From: an uncultured bacterium
Lineage (GTDB): Bacteria > Verrucomicrobiota > Verrucomicrobiia > Limisphaerales > UBA8199
Length of the DNA stretch: 64,000 bases
NCBI GenBank assembly: GCA_963749495.1
Contig: CAVVMW010000024.1
Location: 192,001 to 256,000 of the forward strand
Reading direction: 5' to 3'
Shown: positions 59,976-64,000 of the stretch, one piece after another
Position numbering within the stretch: the stretch's first letter is position 1
How the letters are laid out: every line of letters starts with the position of its first letter
The notes under the pieces: generated by a model
Told to the model about the DNA's origin: nothing
Database searches by the model: none
What the model saw: only the letters and a program-made list of their open reading frames with translations
Translations under genes and position numbers: made by a program

Positions 59976-61391
59976 CTAAAACGACTCGACCGTAACGCGG
60001 CGGGGGTAAATCAGCCGGACGATGGACTTGACCAGGGCTTTCTCGAATGAGATCGAGCCGTCCGCCTCCCCGCTGGACAGGTGGACATATTCCTCCACCA
60101 GCGCCTCGGCAATCTGCTCCGTGCTGGCCGTGCTGACGAAATCCTCCAGGAGCAGGACCTCGTTCTTCTCCCGCACCGCGAAGGCACCGGCCTCCATCCG
60201 GTCGTTGGCCAGCTTGGGCTTGGAGACGCGCACCTTGCAGCCGGGCGGCTTCAACTTGCGCGTGATGCGCAGGGCCAGCTTCAGGCGCTCGGCGGACTCG
60301 GTTGCGATTTCGCGCACCGGGGCCAGGCGGGCGGCGACGGCGGGCAATACGCCCTCGGCCTCCACCAGGCGCTCCGAATACAGGAGAATGCTCTTGGTGT
60401 AGTAAGGGACCGGCGCGACCGCATAACCGGCAGCGCGGGCAAAGTAGTGCTTGGGCGAGTCGGGGTTGGTCTCGGTCGTGAAGGCGATCCTGGGGCCGTA
60501 TTTCTCCTCCAGGACGGCCTCCAGCTTCGCCATCTTGAATCCGCCTGGGTTGCGGTTGCTGTGGTCGATGAGGCAATAGACCCCGTGCTGGAGATTGGCC
60601 ACGTCTGCCGGAAGATTCTCGTGCTCGCCGGTGTTCACGATGCTCGTGTAAAACTCGGAGGGCAGGTCCGGGCAGGTCCTCACGATCTTCTTGAACAGGT
60701 CATCCACGTTTAGGCTGCGGAGTTGGCGGTCCTCGGAAGGGTTGTCGCGCTGGATTAAGCCCGTCACGTCGTAGGCCCAGCGCCAGCCTTCGCCGGGATA
60801 GACGTTGAACCCGTGGTAATACAGGCCCGCGCACCCGTCCGCATCATAGATGATCTCCGGGTGCCTCGGGTGAAGCCATTTGTGGCGCTCGGTCCACGCG
60901 TCGAGCAGCGGCGGCGTCAGGGCCAGCAGCATTTGGGTGCCGCCGTCCGGGTGATGGCCGTCGTCCTCGACCACCTTCCAGCCCCCGCCCTCATCCAGCG
61001 CGTTCTGCACCAACTCGCGCAGGGCGAACCAGGGTTCAGTCCAGGTGTCGGCCCCGGCCTGGTCGGTGATGTGCGTCTCGATCCGGCTGGGCTGGCCAGC
61101 GGCGGTGCCCTCCAGCCGGATAATCCGGTGCTCGTGCCCCCGGATGATTTCGGTCACGGCCACGCTCTTGAGGTCATGCGGCCCGACGCGCACGAGCAGG
61201 TGACTGCCCAGCCGGTGGATGAGCGCCAATGCGAACTTCATGCCGCTGCCCTTGTGGCCGATCTTGGTGCCGTCCCGCTTGGTGGTCAGGCCCAGCGTAA
61301 ACAATTCGCGCAGGTCAAGCTCGGTGGGTGTATGGACGAGGAGGTAGTTGGGCTTCGGATTATCCGGGGACGGTTCAGTCGATGTTCGCAT
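59976..61391 (-). CDS. Circularly permuted GHKL (HSP90/MORC-like) ATPase with C-terminal EExxH motif
   Basis: LGLTTK...IGHKGSGMKFA precedes ALRELVQNALDEG; ALVEEYVHL near C-terminus. Confidence 0.7.
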   Translation of the reverse strand: MRTSTEPSPDNPKPNYLLVHTPTELDLRELFTLGLTTKRDGTKIGHKGSGMKFALALIHRLGSHLLVRVGPHDLKSVAVTEIIRGHEHRIIRLEGTAAGQPSRIETHITDQAGADTWTEPWFALRELVQNALDEGGGWKVVEDDGHHPDGGTQMLLALTPPLLDAWTERHKWLHPRHPEIIYDADGCAGLYYHGFNVYPGEGWRWAYDVTGLIQRDNPSEDRQLRSLNVDDLFKKIVRTCPDLPSEFYTSIVNTGEHENLPADVANLQHGVYCLIDHSNRNPGGFKMAKLEAVLEEKYGPRIAFTTETNPDSPKHYFARAAGYAVAPVPYYTKSILLYSERLVEAEGVLPAVAARLAPVREIATESAERLKLALRITRKLKPPGCKVRVSKPKLANDRMEAGAFAVREKNEVLLLEDFVSTASTEQIAEALVEEYVHLSSGEADGSISFEKALVKSIVRLIYPRRVTVESF

Positions 61392-61630
61392 AAGCCAGCC
61401 AGTTTGGCACGTCCGAGGCGCGAAGCGGAATTGGTGCAGAGCCACCGGTCACCCTGGCGACAGGCTGCACCCCTCATCCTGGTTGGCGGCACGATGATCG
61501 CCCGCAACCCCACCGTCGCGTTTACGCCGCCCTTGCTTGTGCGAGGGTGGTGGGCCAAGTTGTGCCGGAGTCCATTGACCTGCGGAACGTTTGATGAAAT
61601 CAGAACAACCTGGCGGCTCCAGGCCACGCT

Positions 61631-62041
61631 ATGACTCACGACAATGCACAACAGATCGTGGCGCTCCTTAACGCACAAAACCAACTCACGGTCGAATATG
61701 ATGCCGCAAAGGTGTTGGAAAGCGCCGATAATTACATCTACCGCCTGGGCGAGGACTCGTGTGTTGTCGGTGTGGTAGAGGTCAAAATGGTTCAGTGGTA
61801 TCAGTGCGAGATCGATCATCTCTCAGTCGCCGTGAAGCGTAGGGGCACAGGTTCGTGGCTCCTTGCTGAGGCACTCGCCAAGGCAGTGCATCTCGGGGCA
61901 CGAATTGCCCAATGCACGATTCGCATCGGAAATCGGGAGAGCGAAGGTTTGTTCACAAAGCATGGATTCACGCGGACAGTCACATTCCTGAACCGAATTA
62001 GCGGCAATCAGGTTGCTGTTTATCAGAAGGCGCTCGTCTGA
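61631..62041 (+). CDS. GNAT acetyltransferase
   Basis: IDHLSV..KRRGTGSWLL, N..SEGLFTKHGF. Confidence 0.85.
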   Translation: MTHDNAQQIVALLNAQNQLTVEYDAAKVLESADNYIYRLGEDSCVVGVVEVKMVQWYQCEIDHLSVAVKRRGTGSWLLAEALAKAVHLGARIAQCTIRIGNRESEGLFTKHGFTRTVTFLNRISGNQVAVYQKALV

Positions 62042-62462
62042 CGGCCCTACTCGCGGTCACCCCTCCAGCAAGCCCCACCAACACCGGCTCGATCCACAGG
62101 GGCTTCCGCAACGACCACTCCGGCCCGTGCGGCTGGCTCCGCACATGCCCCCGACGCCAATGGACCCTTGGGCTGGCGTGGGTGCCGCCGCCAGGCTCGC
62201 GGTCGTCCCGGATCGCGTGATAACCCCGGCCAATCAGGTTGGGCAACCACAGCTCGCAGTGCTTCACGCGCCCGTGCTTTATCTTCTGCGGTCGGACGCA
62301 GTCCCCGGCCTCAACCAACTGCGGGCGCGTGTTCAGAATCACCAGCAGCTTGAGCATCAGGGCCGAGAGCCGGTCGGTGACCTGCTGGTCCGTGGCGATG
62401 CCTGCCTCGTCGTTGACGCCGGTGTAGTCCGTGTAAGCGTAGTTGGAGATCGCCTCGTCCAA
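61998..62462 (-). pseudogene. 3' fragment of a paralogue of the 56610-57734 gene
   Basis: Shares YAYTD, SALMLKLLV.LN, ELW..N.IGRGY, THASPR.H.RRGHV, LW.EPVL.G; 5' part missing. Confidence 0.75.
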
Positions 62463-62548
62463 GCGCCTGGCGTGGGTTCATAATGTTACGGCTTCCGTGG
62501 CTTCGGTTGGGCTTGGCTGACCGCCCGGCGCGGGATACGCTACGCCGC

Positions 62549-63028
62549 ATGAAAACGCCGCGACGTATCGGCATCGCCTTGACGCTCGCTACGCTCTTGC
62601 TGGCGCTCCTCGTGTTGATTGTGTTGCCCTCTCGCCAGCCACAGGGGGTCTGCGTTTTGGATCGGCGGCTCCGCGTTGTGGGGTGCTATGGGTTCACGAA
62701 CCAGATTTTTGCCTACCGCGTGGGTTGGCAAATGGAAATGGGCAATTTTGCTCCTGGCTATAATTGCCTTGCGCTGGTGTTTACCTGGAAGGGCGACGCC
62801 CCCCAAGCACTTGAACTGATTGACGCTTCGGGCCAGCATCATTCGGTGACGCACAGCACGCAAAGGAGGTTCCTGGCAGTAGGCCCGCGCTTCCAGACTG
62901 CCCTGTGGGTCTTCCCCGTCGCATCTCAGGCTCCTTATTACATCTACTCGCCCGCATTGAAGGCGAACTTGGCCCAAGTGAATCCCCGATGGCAGAGAGA
63001 CGAGCATCCTCCGCTGGACTGGCAGTAG
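62549..63028 (+). CDS. Hypothetical membrane-anchored/secreted protein
   Basis: MKTPRR followed by a long hydrophobic segment. Confidence 0.6.
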   Translation: MKTPRRIGIALTLATLLLALLVLIVLPSRQPQGVCVLDRRLRVVGCYGFTNQIFAYRVGWQMEMGNFAPGYNCLALVFTWKGDAPQALELIDASGQHHSVTHSTQRRFLAVGPRFQTALWVFPVASQAPYYIYSPALKANLAQVNPRWQRDEHPPLDWQ

Positions 63029-63165
63029 GAGAAGTTCATCAAGCAAAAGGCGATGCAATCGTCGCCGGTCTGGATGTCGCAGTCGGCAATCTGCACTGGT
63101 GCAGGCTGCGCCGTCCGCTTGACTGGGGCGTTGGAACGCGCTCAATCCGGCCAGCCAATCGAGTT

Positions 63166-63744
63166 TTATGGGCCAGTGCCCTGCGTCAACGCGAACAGCT
63201 TCCTCAGCGCCTGGCGCTCCGCTGGCGTCCAGGCCAAAGCGTAAACGGCGGCGATTTCGACCCGGCTCAACGCCCAGTTTGCTGGACCGTCCGAGTCCGC
63301 CTCTTTGATTTCGCCCGCCGTCCATTCGCGCCAGATGCTCCTGAGAGCAGGGTGACGGCGCAGTTTAGCAAAAGCCCGTTTTTCAATTTCGCGGACGCTG
63401 CGTTCAGAAATTCGCATAATCGTGGCGACCTCCTTCTGACTGAGAAGACCCAGCTCGCGTTCCGCGCTGCCGCGCCGGACCCGGATCGTCGGCTTGCGCG
63501 GCGGAGCAGGTTGCGCGGCCCGCCTGCGCCTTGCAGCGGTTTCCCACTCCTGGGCAAGGGACAGTGCCGCTTCCCGGTCCCGCAGGCCGGTAGTTCGCCA
63601 AACCTGCCTTCCAGTCTCGTCGCGGAAAGCGGCGACCCACCTGGTGCCGCGATGAGGCCGATGCAAGCTGACCTCGATTAAGGCTTCGATGTCCACTGGC
63701 CCGTCGCTCTGGAGCAGGATTTCGACTATTTCGTGCGGTTCCAT
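63166..63744 (-). CDS. Putative DNA-binding protein: integrase arm-type domain fused to sigma70 region-4 HTH
   Basis: WVAAFRDETGRQVWRTTG..DREAALSLAQEWE then LSQKEVATIMRISERSVREIEKRAFAKLR. Confidence 0.7.
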   Translation of the reverse strand: MEPHEIVEILLQSDGPVDIEALIEVSLHRPHRGTRWVAAFRDETGRQVWRTTGLRDREAALSLAQEWETAARRRRAAQPAPPRKPTIRVRRGSAERELGLLSQKEVATIMRISERSVREIEKRAFAKLRRHPALRSIWREWTAGEIKEADSDGPANWALSRVEIAAVYALAWTPAERQALRKLFALTQGTGP

Positions 63745-64000
63745 ACGCCTAACTACACTAGGCCAGAGCCGAGACGTGATCACCGACCAGAAGTGCGCTG
63801 ACCGGCGCTGGCGAACCAGGGTGGAGAGGGCTTTTCCGGCGTGGGCACGGACTGAGAGGCCCGGCGCTGGAGTGCAACACCGGTCAGGCGAGGCCGGGAA
63901 CGACCAGGGTGCCATCTCTTTGGCCCGCGTGGTGGTCGGATGGAGCGCAAGCGAGCTTTTGCTGGTCCTGGCGACAGGATTTGACTTGCACAGGACCGCG

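Larger units (their letters stand above)
49780..64000. mobile_element. Phage/ICE-like accessory island (right end outside window; left boundary approximate)
   Basis: Loss of host repeats, more AT-rich codons, phage-type ORFs, duplicated island-specific motifs. No integrase or structural gene seen. Confidence 0.6.

Noticed and set aside
61631..61680. GNAT N-terminus NAQQIVALLN as a fourth tagged protein
   Set aside because: Similar peptide but no TA[A/G]TTA box upstream; probably the first helix of the GNAT fold
61453..63978. CCTGGCGACAGG 12-mer at 61453-61464 and 63967-63978
   Set aside because: Short GC-rich hairpin; two copies could be chance and the context of the second is cut by the window edge
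49780..64000. Intact prophage
   Set aside because: No integrase catalytic domain, terminase, portal, capsid or tail genes in the window; only phage-like accessory genes and fragments

Overview
High-GC bacterial chromosome segment, most consistent with a Verrucomicrobiota (Pedosphaera/Limisphaera-like) genome. This is an inference from gene content and C-terminal 'S-T-[DN]-L..W...FYR' sorting-type tails. Positions 1-49.6 kb are host backbone: housekeeping genes (RluA/RluD-type synthase, lspA, rplM-rpsI, argC, prmC, murA, BamD/LptE), many glycoside hydrolases, an APC/DegT/Hyi/MttB metabolic cluster, three small toxin-antitoxin-like pairs and a hybrid kinase. This part is densely populated by many families of palindromic REP/MITE-like elements and 7/9/12-mer tandem repeats, four of which sit in-frame inside protein genes. 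Several genes carry single-base frameshifts (probably long-read errors), and two carry real internal deletions. From ~49.8 kb to the end these repeats disappear and the sequence becomes a phage/ICE-like accessory island. In it, three unrelated genes share a TA[A/G]TTA box 4-5 nt before the start codon plus an N-terminal '(I/L)(I/V)xxLLxxD'-like peptide. Two minus-strand units share a second promoter-like motif (TGCACCAATTCCG-N19-box). The island also encodes a circularly permuted GHKL ATPase, an integrase-arm/sigma-region-4 fusion and two paralogues of an HASPRxHxRRGH protein. No rRNA, tRNA or CRISPR array was seen. All family assignments are by eye from motifs; no database search was run.
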